Assembly (NCBI GenBank): GCA_019828565.1
Contig: JAHDYR010000025.1
Span: 186,001 to 250,000 of the forward strand
Reading direction: 5' to 3'
DNA from: Carpediemonas membranifera BICM
Taxonomy: Eukaryota; Protista; Fornicata
DNA: 64,000 nt
Under the pieces are notes generated by a model. It was not told where the DNA came from. It worked only from the letters and a program-made list of their open reading frames with translations, and ran no database searches. This document shows, one piece after another, positions 53,701 to 63,387 of the stretch. Made by a program: the position numbers and the translations under genes. Position 1 is the stretch's first letter. Each line of letters opens with the position of its first letter.

Positions 53701-54920
53701 TAGTCGGCCGCCTGCTCGGCGTCGTCACCGTCCACGGGCGTGTACACGGTTGACTCCTCCTTGGACCGGACCGAGACCCACGCCGCCAGGAAGAGGGCGA
53801 CGCGGGAGTCTGGGCTGGCCGCGGCGCACACAAAGCGGGGCAGTGTCGCGAGGGTGTTGTGCACGGCCCGGTCGCGCTCGAGCCCGACCTCGTCTGACGC
53901 CGTGGAGAAGACGGCGCGGCGGACCTCCTGCTGTCTCGCGTCAACGTCGGCGCGGCACTCCTGGATGGTCTTGGACAGGGCGCTAGACTCCATGGCGTGA
54001 AGTAGGCCCTTGATCGTCAGCACTTTGGCGCACGCCATGTCGGCCATCAGCTTGTAGAGCCCCCGATCGGCCGTCTGTGCGGCGCTGACCCTCACAAACG
54101 CCTGGATCGACGTGTTCTCCTCTGAATCGAGTGATTTGAGCAGCCGGATGAGTCTAGCGCGCTTGATGCCCGAGTCGCTACCGCGGATCGTCAGGCTAGT
54201 GATGATGAGTGCCTCGAATAGCGGGATCACGGAGAGACGGAACCGGTCGACGGCAGCGAGCACGCGGTCTCGGAGCTCTGCGTCTGGCATGCGTATGTCG
54301 TTGACGGCGGCTTCCACGCTGTGAATGAACTCGCTGATGCCAGCCGGGGCGGTTTGCAGACTGGTGAAGAAACCGACAAACTTCTGGTCAGCATAGCTAC
54401 TCTGCTCGCGTTCCATAGTTTCTCTAGATGCGATGGGGCGCGGCTTCAGGTTTGGGCGCTTCTCGGTGGGCCAGAAGGCGTCGACGGGGTATTGCGAAAG
54501 AATCAAATGCGTGTCGGACAGATAGGTATGCATGGCCCTACGGAGGTCGGGGCAGCCTGTGTACAGCGCCTCTGTGACCACGAGCAGGTGCTGCACCTCG
54601 TCTGGCTGGCGGGCGCGGAACTGGGCACGAGGCTGGCTATACTTATTGTCTAGGATGCCGACTCGTTGCTTTGTGGGGATCTGGCTCATGCCATAGAACG
54701 TAGAGAGCGTCGCTAGTGCGATAGCTACGTTTTTCTTGTCCCATCTACCGGTTTTAAGGCCCTCTTGCACGGTAGCGACGCACGCTTTCACATTATCTGT
54801 GCCATTGTTGGTGCATGCATCAATGAGCATATCATGTAGCACTTCAGAAGTCGAAAGCTCCGTCATCGTTTCAGTATCGATGACGTGAGAGGAGACAGTG
54901 CTTCGACAAAGACTGTCCAT
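50748..54920 (-). CDS. THO2: THO complex subunit 2
   Basis: R.RLY..., LKRV, L.QAESYEN, PWL.GL, LAII.ELI.EM.G, RVFWSPEDA..AA, and an R/D-rich tail. Start is uncertain. Confidence 0.7.
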   Translation of the reverse strand: MDSLCRSTVSSHVIDTETMTELSTSEVLHDMLIDACTNNGTDNVKACVATVQEGLKTGRWDKKNVAIALATLSTFYGMSQIPTKQRVGILDNKYSQPRAQFRARQPDEVQHLLVVTEALYTGCPDLRRAMHTYLSDTHLILSQYPVDAFWPTEKRPNLKPRPIASRETMEREQSSYADQKFVGFFTSLQTAPAGISEFIHSVEAAVNDIRMPDAELRDRVLAAVDRFRLSVIPLFEALIITSLTIRGSDSGIKRARLIRLLKSLDSEENTSIQAFVRVSAAQTADRGLYKLMADMACAKVLTIKGLLHAMESSALSKTIQECRADVDARQQEVRRAVFSTASDEVGLERDRAVHNTLATLPRFVCAAASPDSRVALFLAAWVSVRSKEESTVYTPVDGDDAEQAADYEVAFAQEQKGADERILGQLEDVIAFTEGFKTDVATKAQRVMADMHVCRELAVAINGRVSQILDRTAALLPCLTAPSATGSDALARALDIHLRRLLRLLQLQRESVLVSPAVIDRLTAILTVLLSSMRRQRDELVNPQLLECIIAQVIVPCSHSALLASSSLLGAVAATPFAMRARLYYGMGAELASKDTFAGFLGRLGRYLVQGTLKRVTVVDSTDTELALEQAKQLKRDLLPVGIRFPHVLHGRVLTQAESYENAEVFAPFLTALPASYGPLLVLDTVHHLAVARATRLAVSPAGIIEPWLHGLTTLLTKALAVCAADPATDADLLGPLIRFLLTSAFGEKHQYAQLAIINELIGEMTGDTTQTFTVELARMTAEGPVMAETVFKPATAVTPGTARIYEALRQESSVMPGQTVGVAVIHAMRAFKEHAKTALPHTAGIKASLTAYDLAHSWLVRAIRVVQAAENDENRPDQGQRVLEDVFSDQAGLTVMEGLMLARTIDDSLFRRLQERTVVFSALELLVWAVPARDLRTVPSLYEQRVSRLSATEQNLMVDDAEMPAEVRLQNRQQRSHVEELIIRVKAEQARRHQDVRHGVGDARARLKKALEEFEEGGLTDDDRLSLVGAVHTRVFWSPEDAIGAARVLAELLGLIELEEAGVLVGLAVKNLLFRLLTASPDDTKCIATFLAELLDVCKQREDLQLPKLLRQCMAQVCSVNSPMLVLAHVQSNVLALIGALADAKAFPEPSDDVALQFVGDIINRLIAAIAQAADGELKKALMAQAKALMAALGIKPPQPAPEKEKAKAVVATQPEEPLAVPDDDDDVDMDTRPREPAPVPSREPPRKGGRRGGPREPAHDTGKRKQPVREIEDTRRDQETRWGDRKDGDRDRRDSDRDRGSRQNSDWSRIPPQPRPRDDHGRDSRRDDPRDHDGRGSRDTRDTHDGRDNRDSRDGRDRDARWGRGDRDERPRSPPGRRPARGRRGGRR

Positions 54921-55158
54921 GTAACAACGTAAATGGCCGACCTCATCACAAGTCATGCTCGTTCTCTGCATTCGATTGTACTCTGGGAGCCCCGTAGCAC
55001 CTTATGGGCCGGGTGGGGGGCCAATGAAGGGAAGCACGGACGACGGCGAGTAAACACTAGACGGCCTCCGCCACTGATAGAACGCCGAAAAGCCCCGATA
55101 CTGGCGATGATCAGCTGCGAAATGGCATCAACAGTGCATACCCTTATCCTGCGGCACA

Positions 55159-56375
55159 ATGGACGAGCTCGAACTCACATTTGATGGGATCCGGGATGCT
55201 GTGGATGACGACGACGATGATTACTTTCTCCAGGACGCTTTTGAAGACGACGAAGATGAAGATATCGAGCTAGACGACATCCCACGTCAGTATCACTTGT
55301 TCCTGCCACTCACACAGAAGCAGAGGTGGATGAAATCAGAAATCTCAGACATAGGAACCGCCACCATCGCCAGTCACAGCAGCGGCCCTCTGCCAAGCGA
55401 GCCACGCGGCTAACACCCCTCATGGACAGAGGCATCGCCGCCCTCGCCGAGGGCTACATCGCCCACCTGTGCGACGCGCTCACAGACACCCATGTGCGAC
55501 CGCACAGGGACCAGTTTCTGCTGCGGGCCGGCTCTCTTCGTGCGGTGCAAGTTATGCTCCGCATGGGCGACCTCGCCGCCGAGCCGCCCAAGCCGTTCGG
55601 CCAGGTCAGTTTTAGGGCGGATAACCAAACTGGCCGGCTAAGGCCGGACTCAGTCCTTTTCTCACCCTGCTTCCAGGATCTGAACCGTGCTGTCGAGATT
55701 GCCACGCAATGCCTCGCTCAGGGCCGCACAGCCACTCCAGACGAGCGGCTCAGCATTGAGAGTACACTCCGCAAGCTTCCTCATGCTGACGAGACCGAGC
55801 TCCTCGCACTGGCTGTCTCTATCCACGGTCGACGATGGAAGCTCATACAGGAGAGGTACTTTCCCGAGCGCACGCCCGCCTGGGTTGAGATTAATTGGAA
55901 GGAGAGGGTTCGTAATCCCACCCCGGATGCGTCGGCCGCCTTATTCGAGGGCGCCATCGCCTACCTCGAGGAGCTGGCCGCCTCGCCCTCCTTTGAGCGT
56001 GTGACCGTGAAACAGCTGCAGAGCCTGATTGAGAGCCACCTGAAGAAGGAGTTCACCCGACTCGTCCCGGACAAGGACGCCATGGCCCTGTTCGCACGCA
56101 GGGTCGCCCGGAACCTGACCAAGAAGCCCGCCTTCGCTGCGGTGTTCCAGCCCTACAAGGAGGTCCTCATCCGGGGGTGTCGGAGGGCCCCCCCGCCTCC
56201 GTCGCCCCCGGCCCCGGCTCGAGTGCCATTGCTGAGGGAACGCCGGGCCCCAGCCCCGGAGCCTGTCCCAGTGCCCCTGAGAGGGGGGCACTGGGAGCAG
56301 TCGATGAACCCGAGGTCAAGGAGGGACCGCAACAGGCATGTCCGGGGGCTGGAGACCGACATGGTGCGCATATGA
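55159..56375 (+). CDS. GON4L-like SANT/Myb protein; intron 55286-55317
   Basis: A 32-nt GTCAGT...CTCACACAG intron gives DDIPQAEVDEI after an acidic tract. SANT motif E.ELLALAV..HG.RW.LIQ..YFP.RT. Confidence 0.65.
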
Positions 56376-56488
56376 CGGGGCGTCGCACAGATCACAGTAT
56401 AGATACAATGGATCAAAGAGTGCAGATAGCGTTGGTCGACTAGGTACAAACCTAGAGCCATATTAACCACTAAATGCTGATAATTTAC

Positions 56489-58168
56489 CTATTCCGGTGG
56501 CGCGGCCCTCACGACGCTGTAGAGCTGGCCCTCCGCCGCATCCCTCGAGTCCCGCGCGCCCTTGTCCCGGCGCCGCTTTTTGATGGGCCTGGCGTTGACC
56601 CTGCCCTGCTGCACAGCCCTGAAGACCGAGCTCGTGGGCTTCTTCTTCGACCCGACGGTGGGGTAGGCCAGGGCGTTCTTCATGTTCTTCCGCAGCTTCC
56701 GCTCTTTGGGCTTGTCGTACTCAACGTTGTACTCGTCCTTGGTCCACCGCTCGGGCGCCACGGGCACGGGGATGGCGAGGTCAACCCGGTCGCCCGGGAC
56801 CGCGGCGGGTGCAGTAGGGTGTGGCACGTGGCCCTCGACGACGACCGCGGGGGACGGGGGTGCGTCCATGTCGACGTCCTCGACCTCGGCCTCCTTTTCC
56901 TCCTCTTCCTCGTGGGCAGCCTTGGCACGGTGCTGGAACCTAGAGCCCTTCACAGCCACACGGAGCTCAGCCTCAGCCGAGTCCCGCACGGGTACAGTCA
57001 CCCGGCGGCAGTAGACGAGCATGCACGCCCCGTTCATCGCCTGGACGTCGTTCACGCTAGGAATCTTACTGACGGCGCCGTCATCCAACTTCCACCACTG
57101 CTGCGAGTGTCGGGCCTGGCACCAATAGTGTCCACCCCCAGCCTTCTCGCGCCGCACCACGCTGACCAGGTCGTACGAGTAGGCTGTGCCAGCCCCCTCT
57201 CTGAGCTGCGGCGCCATGCACGCCGTCAGGGACAGCGATAGCGGCAGGGTGGGGGCTCTCCTCTTCTTGGCGTTCTTGGGGCCGTTATAGTCGAGGGGGA
57301 TGACCAGCACCTCCGGGGCCTGGGCGATGACGGCCTTGGAGACCGGAGCGCCCGTGGCCCGGCAATGGTCGCACTGCCGCTCCTCTCCAAGGGGCCTAGG
57401 GCTGGTCATAGCCTCCAGGGCCTGCTCCAGGGTCTCGTGACGCCGCTCCATGGCCACCGGGAGGGCTGTGGCGTATGAGCAGGAGTGGGCCTGGCAGGGG
57501 CACAGGGGACACGCCTCAGTCCGCACGACCCACTGCCCGAACATCTGGCCGAGCGCAGTGGTGTGCTCAACCTTGTCCGGCAGCTCTCGCGGGTCATTCC
57601 CCGAGCTCCTCAGGTCGGCCTCGTCCATCTTTGCGAGCAGCGTCTGCACGAAAGCACGGGTGTCGTGCTCCTGGTGAAGGGGGAACTCGCTGCTCAGGTG
57701 GCGCAGGTTCGTGCGTAGGCTCATCGGGTCGAGTGCACGGGGGCGTTGGCCATCCTTCCGGTCGTACAACACGTTGGCGGCGTACTTCTCCATCGTGCAG
57801 AAGGGGCACCACTCAAGAGGAGAGTGTGTCGTTGAGTGTGTCTTCTTCCTGAGGTACTGGGCGAACATGGGGATGGCCAGCAGGGCCTGGAGCCCGGCGT
57901 TCATATAGCTCGTGCTATCGACATTCACCAGGCCGTTGGCTCGGAGGCCATTGTCCCATTTAGCCAGCTTGAGCAAGGAATTGTGCGGATAGAGCATGTA
58001 GGACGGCGGAACGAAGTGCTGAACCGCCCGGACATGCTTGGGGGCCTTATTGAGCGTTGCATCACCGTTCGTGGTCTCTCCAAGAATAAATACTAGCGGC
58101 TTTGGCTTTTTGATGGTTGTGAGCGTATCAGCGTGGGGCTCACTGGCCTTCTTCTTGCCCTTGGCCAT
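56489..58168 (-). CDS. USP36/USP42-like ubiquitin-specific protease with catalytic Cys replaced by Ser
   Basis: Cys box GLVNVDSTSYMNAGLQAL, His box GHY...W...DD, C-terminal DEYNVEYDKPKERK as in USP36. Confidence 0.85.
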   Translation of the reverse strand: MAKGKKKASEPHADTLTTIKKPKPLVFILGETTNGDATLNKAPKHVRAVQHFVPPSYMLYPHNSLLKLAKWDNGLRANGLVNVDSTSYMNAGLQALLAIPMFAQYLRKKTHSTTHSPLEWCPFCTMEKYAANVLYDRKDGQRPRALDPMSLRTNLRHLSSEFPLHQEHDTRAFVQTLLAKMDEADLRSSGNDPRELPDKVEHTTALGQMFGQWVVRTEACPLCPCQAHSCSYATALPVAMERRHETLEQALEAMTSPRPLGEERQCDHCRATGAPVSKAVIAQAPEVLVIPLDYNGPKNAKKRRAPTLPLSLSLTACMAPQLREGAGTAYSYDLVSVVRREKAGGGHYWCQARHSQQWWKLDDGAVSKIPSVNDVQAMNGACMLVYCRRVTVPVRDSAEAELRVAVKGSRFQHRAKAAHEEEEEKEAEVEDVDMDAPPSPAVVVEGHVPHPTAPAAVPGDRVDLAIPVPVAPERWTKDEYNVEYDKPKERKLRKNMKNALAYPTVGSKKKPTSSVFRAVQQGRVNARPIKKRRRDKGARDSRDAAEGQLYSVVRAAPPE

Positions 58169-58796
58169 CTCAGATCAGTACGTGGAGTTGGCGAAACACC
58201 CTCGAGTCGCGACCGCCTATGAACCGTCAAGTCATGCATACCGCGGCGACTACCCGTATACCGCCCTATATGACCCTGGATGCGATGCCGTTATCACCCG
58301 CCAATCAACTCTTCCATTCCGCAACGTGCACTCTGCTAGATCGAATACAGGAGGCTGGCGGACTGGGAATCATCTACACACAGCAGCAATTACCGATAAC
58401 TCATTTGCCGAGTCTTCTGCGGCGAGATTCGGTGATCGCCACTGACCGATCACGCGAGATGCCCGGCAGCACAGCCGGGTTAACCGCTACATGCGATCAT
58501 AAGTACGTCTGGCATGCATGGTCCATCAACGATAAATCACGGATCAATTCTATTGATGTCCAGATGCTGGCCGGTCAACTGAGGTTGACTGAGAAAACAG
58601 ACGACCCGATGTGACTCAGCCATCAAACTCAGCGTGACAGTAGGAGCTCTTTTGTTCTTAATAATGAATGTTATCAGCAGTCATGCCACCTGCCGTAACC
58701 CTGCGTAATTGCGGGCGAGAAGTGACCTCGTCATTTTTTTTCGCCGAAAAAAGGGCCATCTCTTTTTTTTCGCTCGAAAGATAGAAAGGGGTGAAT

Positions 58797-60314
58797 ATGC
58801 AGGCTAACGGCACCGCGGTCTATGTTGCTGACCTCCACAGTGATGTTACTGAGCAGAACATTTGGGAGACCTTCCAGAGATGCGGCCCGATCCATTCCGT
58901 TCGTGTTTGCCGTGACTCCGCCACTCGCGTGAGCTTGGGTTACTGCTACGTCAACTTCATCAACGCTGCGGATGCCCAGAAGGCCATTGATGACCTGACG
59001 TTCACCGAGCTTAACGGTCAGGTCATCCGCGTCTGTGTTGCTGAGCGTGATCCTTCTCGCCGCCAGAACCAGAAGGGGAACATCTACATCGGCAACATCT
59101 CTCCCTCCGTTACCGCCCGCGACATCTTCACCACCTTCAGGCAGTTCGGTGTCATCATCTCCGCTCGTGTTTGCACTGGCAAGAACGCTACCCATGCCTT
59201 CATCCACTTCGCGGATGTTGAGGACGCCCAGCGCGCCGTCGAGGGCGCCAACGGCCAGGAGATCGAGGGTATGGCTATCACTGTCCAGCACTTCAAGACG
59301 CTCAACGAGCGTGGTGGTGCCAAGTTCACCAACGTGTACGCCAAGCAGTGGCCCGCTTCCTACACCAAGGAGCAGGTTGTTGCTCTTTTCTCCAAGTACG
59401 GCAAGATCAACTCTACTTTCCTCCCTGCCGTCTCCGACGAGGAGGGTGCTCCCCTCCGTGGCTTCGGTTGCTTTAACTTCCACGTCCACGAGGATGCCGT
59501 GAAGGCCATTCAGGAGCTCAACGGCAAGCAGATCGAGGAGGGTGCCACCCTTTTCGTCGCTAAGTGCCTTTCCCGCAAGGAGCGCGCCAAGGCCAAGCAG
59601 ACCCGCATGCACGAGAACTTCAACCGCCAGACCAACGTCTTCATCAAGAACATTGATGAGGAGGTCGACGACACTCGTCTCCACCAGCTCTTCGGTGAGT
59701 TCGGTGAGATCACCTCTGCCTCTGTCAAGCGCGACGAGAAGGGCGTCTCTAAGGGGTTCGGCTTCATCAATTACACTGAGGCTTCCATGGCCCAGCGCGC
59801 CATCCAGGAGATGATGGGCAAGATGATCGGCTCCAAGCCCCTCTACGTTGCTCTTCACCAGCCTAAGGAGATCCGCCGCGCCCAGCTTGCTCAGATGCAC
59901 CAGCAGCAGCAGGCTATGGCCGGCATGGACATGCGCTACCCCGGCTACCCCATGCAGCAGCCTGGCGTCATGATGCCCTATACCATGCACGTCGGCCGCC
60001 CCGCCCCCCTTTACCCCGCCACTGTCCCTCGCGCCCACATCGTTTCCGCCACTGCCGCCAACGTCCCCAGCTCCACCCTCCTCTCTTCCGAGCAGATCTC
60101 CCAGATCGGCAGCCTTGACGACCGTAAGCAGCAGTACGGTAACGGCATGTACCTCAAGGTCATGCCCATGACTGGCAACGATCAGGAGCTTTGCGGCCAG
60201 ATCGTCGCTGCTATCCTTGAGAACGAGGAGCCCGCCATCGTCGAGATCTACAACGACGACGCCAAGCTCGCTGCCAAGGTTGAGGAGCTTAAGGTTGAGC
60301 TCTCCAAGCAGTAA
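58797..60314 (+). CDS. PABP: Cytoplasmic poly(A)-binding protein
   Basis: Four RRMs (VCRDSATRVSLGYCYVNF; KFTNVY; SKGFGFINY; KPLYVAL), Q/P linker, MLLE-like end, and strong codon bias. Confidence 0.95.
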   Translation: MQANGTAVYVADLHSDVTEQNIWETFQRCGPIHSVRVCRDSATRVSLGYCYVNFINAADAQKAIDDLTFTELNGQVIRVCVAERDPSRRQNQKGNIYIGNISPSVTARDIFTTFRQFGVIISARVCTGKNATHAFIHFADVEDAQRAVEGANGQEIEGMAITVQHFKTLNERGGAKFTNVYAKQWPASYTKEQVVALFSKYGKINSTFLPAVSDEEGAPLRGFGCFNFHVHEDAVKAIQELNGKQIEEGATLFVAKCLSRKERAKAKQTRMHENFNRQTNVFIKNIDEEVDDTRLHQLFGEFGEITSASVKRDEKGVSKGFGFINYTEASMAQRAIQEMMGKMIGSKPLYVALHQPKEIRRAQLAQMHQQQQAMAGMDMRYPGYPMQQPGVMMPYTMHVGRPAPLYPATVPRAHIVSATAANVPSSTLLSSEQISQIGSLDDRKQQYGNGMYLKVMPMTGNDQELCGQIVAAILENEEPAIVEIYNDDAKLAAKVEELKVELSKQ

Positions 60315-60452
60315 GCAGTAAACGAAAATGTGGACGTCTGGGTGGCAGTTCAAGGGTGGCGGATCAGGCTGGGGCTTGGCTTCAGAGCCGTGGTTAAGGC
60401 TCGGACGACTTGGCGAGTCGCATGTTGGCGGAGATCGATCACGGAGAACGTG

Positions 60453-61238
60453 ATGACCAGGAAGGCTAAGAAGAAGAACACGTGTGTGATTTGCCAGAAA
60501 GAATGCACTACTGAAGCCAGTTTATTCGAACATCTCTCTAGCGCTCACAAGGAGGCATTCGTCCTTCCTGGGACGAAGGAAGAGGATCTCACGGAGGTCC
60601 AGCGGCATATTCTGCACTCATACTCACCGCAAATCACCCGCCAGTGCCCGTTTCCTGGTTGCTTCAAGCAGGACTCCTATCCGAGTGCCATATCCCGCCA
60701 CGTGTGGAAGTACCACTGGGACGTCGTCCAGGGCGTCATCATGAACGCGCCGGTGAACAACAGGGCCCCTGAGCCCACCATGCAGTGGATCAAGCAACGC
60801 GTGCTGACCAAGCCCGGCCACGTCGCCTTCCCGTGCGACCACGACGGTTGCAGAGAAGTGTTCAGAACCGAGTCGGACAAGAACAGCCACATGAAGCACG
60901 AGCACGGCAAGGAGAAGCCCCGTTTTCAGTGCCCACTGTGCACGGCCTCTTTTGCCCGAGACGCGGCTCTCCAACTGCACCTCATCAAGCACCGGCGGGC
61001 CGCCCAGGGGTTCGTGTGCAAGGAGTGCGGCAAGCAGTACACCACTAAGGCCAACCTGCGCATCCACGTCAAGGCGGCCCACGAGAATGTCCGCTACCAG
61101 TGCCCCCTGTGCTCGGGGTCCTGCAAGTACACACACAAGTTCCGGGAGCACATGGCTGCCCTGCACGGATGGGACCCAGCGCCCAAGAGCTGGCCGCCGT
61201 CCAAGTTTGCCGATTTTCGGGTGTGTGGGACAGACTGA
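60453..61238 (+). CDS. C2H2 zinc-finger protein (about 6 fingers)
   Basis: Repeated C-x2/4-C-x12-H-x3/4-H. Confidence 0.9.
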   Translation: MTRKAKKKNTCVICQKECTTEASLFEHLSSAHKEAFVLPGTKEEDLTEVQRHILHSYSPQITRQCPFPGCFKQDSYPSAISRHVWKYHWDVVQGVIMNAPVNNRAPEPTMQWIKQRVLTKPGHVAFPCDHDGCREVFRTESDKNSHMKHEHGKEKPRFQCPLCTASFARDAALQLHLIKHRRAAQGFVCKECGKQYTTKANLRIHVKAAHENVRYQCPLCSGSCKYTHKFREHMAALHGWDPAPKSWPPSKFADFRVCGTD

Positions 61239-61553
61239 TTGCTGGAGCGGAAGCATAGCTGGGATAGCCGGGCCAGACCCTTGTTTGATGGTCTAGTGCG
61301 CTGTATGGGCGTTACCAATGCCCTTCAGCAGCGACCGATAAATATTGAACACGGAACCTGACGTGACGAAATTCCGATCGGACAATTTTATGTGAGTAAC
61401 CCCGACGATCTAACAGGTAACTAATGATGGCCTATGCGCCGACTGGTCACCGTGGATATGATTTTTGTAGCATTCTTTCCTCGACTGCCGCAGGCAGCAA
61501 ACGAGCAAGTTTGAGAACAAGGCCCCTCGCCAGATAGCGACACCAAAGCAAAC

Positions 61554-62585
61554 ATGGTTAGATCTAAGTCCATCGAAGAAAGAAAGGCCGTCCAGAACGT
61601 CATGGCCACCATCAGAAACGCCGAGAAGGTTTTGCGTGAGCAGCACCCCATCCTGAATCACCAGAACGCAATCGCCGCCTCAATCCTGATTTTCAGCATG
61701 CTCGGCATGGTTGCTACCGGCATTGGCTACTATCTGGGCTTCCTGCCTGCACTCGCCGTCATTCCCATCAACTGCTTCCTCGCCTCCCTCACCCACGAGC
61801 TCGAGCACGACCTCATCCACAAGATGTACTTCAAGACCTCCAAGGCGCTGTACGCCGTCATGATGATGGGCGTCTGGATTGCCAGGCCCAACACTGTCAA
61901 CCCCTGGATGCGCCGCGACCTACACCTCCACCACCACTCCACCAGCGGCACCCCGTCCGACGTTGAGGAGCGCATCCTCGGCAACGGCATGTCCTGGTTT
62001 ACCCCTCTCCGCGCCCTCTGCACCCTCGACCCGACGATCTCTGCCGTCGTCCAGACGCTCTCCTTCCGTCGCATCAAGGGCAACAAGTTCACCACTGGCC
62101 GCCTCTTCGTCTCGGGCGCCCCCTTCCTCATGCTGCACGACGTCGTCGTCTACGGATGGGTCCTCCTGACCGTCCTCAAGGCCACCCAGGGCCTGCCCGA
62201 GGCCCTTGCCCAGACGTACGCCGTGATGAGCTTCCTGATGGTGACCTGGCTCGGCCCCAACATCATGCGCCACACGATCCTCTCCTTCGTCAGCTCCAAC
62301 ATCCACTACTACGCCAACGAAAAGAGCGGCGAGGCCATCGACTCCCGCGTCAAGCAGTGCCAGGTGCTCGACACCCCTCTCGTCTGGCCCCTCCACCTGT
62401 TCTGTGCGGCGTTCGGCCAGACCCACGGCATCCACCACTACGTGCCCAAGCAGGCGTGGTGGGTCAGGACTATGATCCGCAAGGAGGCCACGACCGCCAT
62501 GATCGAGGCCGGTGTCCGCCACAACGACCTCGGGACGTTCTTCCGGGCTAACCGCTGGCCTGGCAGTGCCAAGAAGGAAGAGTAA
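61554..62585 (+). CDS. Membrane fatty acid desaturase, bacterial type
   Basis: His boxes HELEH, HLHHH and HGIHH, plus context HELEHDLIH.MYF, ARP.TVNPW.RR and SSN.HYY. Confidence 0.9.
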   Translation: MVRSKSIEERKAVQNVMATIRNAEKVLREQHPILNHQNAIAASILIFSMLGMVATGIGYYLGFLPALAVIPINCFLASLTHELEHDLIHKMYFKTSKALYAVMMMGVWIARPNTVNPWMRRDLHLHHHSTSGTPSDVEERILGNGMSWFTPLRALCTLDPTISAVVQTLSFRRIKGNKFTTGRLFVSGAPFLMLHDVVVYGWVLLTVLKATQGLPEALAQTYAVMSFLMVTWLGPNIMRHTILSFVSSNIHYYANEKSGEAIDSRVKQCQVLDTPLVWPLHLFCAAFGQTHGIHHYVPKQAWWVRTMIRKEATTAMIEAGVRHNDLGTFFRANRWPGSAKKEE

Positions 62586-62840
62586 TGGCATCTTAGGGCC
62601 GTTTGGGCCGCCATTATGATATAAATATTGAAATTACCCGCCTCCAGGCCGCGTGTGACGGAGTTGGGGACACAGAAAGACCGTTAGTCCATCAATTGTT
62701 CGCGAAATACGTCATGAGGTCGAGTACAAGAGTTCCGCAGTTTATGTCATGAATCACGTGGTAGAGGTTTATGTGGAGGATTCATGTAAAGGTGACTTAA
62801 GCTGTCGACCCCCCTAGGATGAACTCCAGAGGACTGAACA

Positions 62841-62861
62841 ATTCTAATCCTGCGCGGCACA
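62841..62861 (+). promoter_or_regulatory. Third copy of ATTCTAATCCTGCGCGGCACA, 8 nt upstream of the PCC1 ATG
   Basis: Exact 21/21 match to 8243-8263. Confidence 0.6.
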
Positions 62862-62869
62862 AATCACCC

Positions 62870-63118
62870 ATGATGAATCACAGCTGTGAGCTAGAAATCC
62901 CATTCAACGATGCGACACACATCCAGTACATCATTAACTCATTTGCTGTCGACGGTGAGCGTAATGAGGAGTCTGCGAAAGAGTTTGAGATTGAAGGTAA
63001 CGTTTTGAAGATAAGAATCACCGCAAAGACCACTCGGATGCTCAGGATAGCGACATGGTCCTTTTTCGAGTTTCTTACTCTTGGCGTCGCTACAATTGAA
63101 CAATTTGGCGAGGTTTAG
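62870..63118 (+). CDS. PCC1: EKC/KEOPS subunit Pcc1/LAGE3
   Basis: LEIPF....A......VD.E......KEF..EGNVL.I.I.A...RMLR.A..SFFE.L.L. Confidence 0.85.
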   Translation: MMNHSCELEIPFNDATHIQYIINSFAVDGERNEESAKEFEIEGNVLKIRITAKTTRMLRIATWSFFEFLTLGVATIEQFGEV

Positions 63119-63387
63119 AGGTGCTGACCTTTCGAGGCTCCCGCGTATGAGCGAACGAGAACGACTGCGTCCCGACTTGACGACGTTATATGTCGCTCCC
63201 GATCCCGATGGTGGCGCCGGTGACAGTTGCCATCAAGCCCACCGTCTCTGCGAGATACTTCATGAGAGTGATTCAAGTGAGTCTCCCTGCCGACTTAAGA
63301 CGTGAGTAGGGGGATACAGGGCAGCATGTAGCACTTTACTGACCCTTCAACAGCTTGTGGCATAAACTGCACCGAGAAACACGTTCA

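Noticed and set aside
58731-60353. 540-aa antisense ORF over PABP, and many similar long overlapping ORFs (e.g. 51175-52506, 23917-25041)
   Set aside because: Shadow ORFs produced by strong GC3 codon bias on the real strand; they carry no recognisable motifs.
8243-62861. The 21-bp repeat as a CRISPR repeat or terminal inverted repeat
   Set aside because: Copies are dispersed, in direct orientation, and not regularly spaced.
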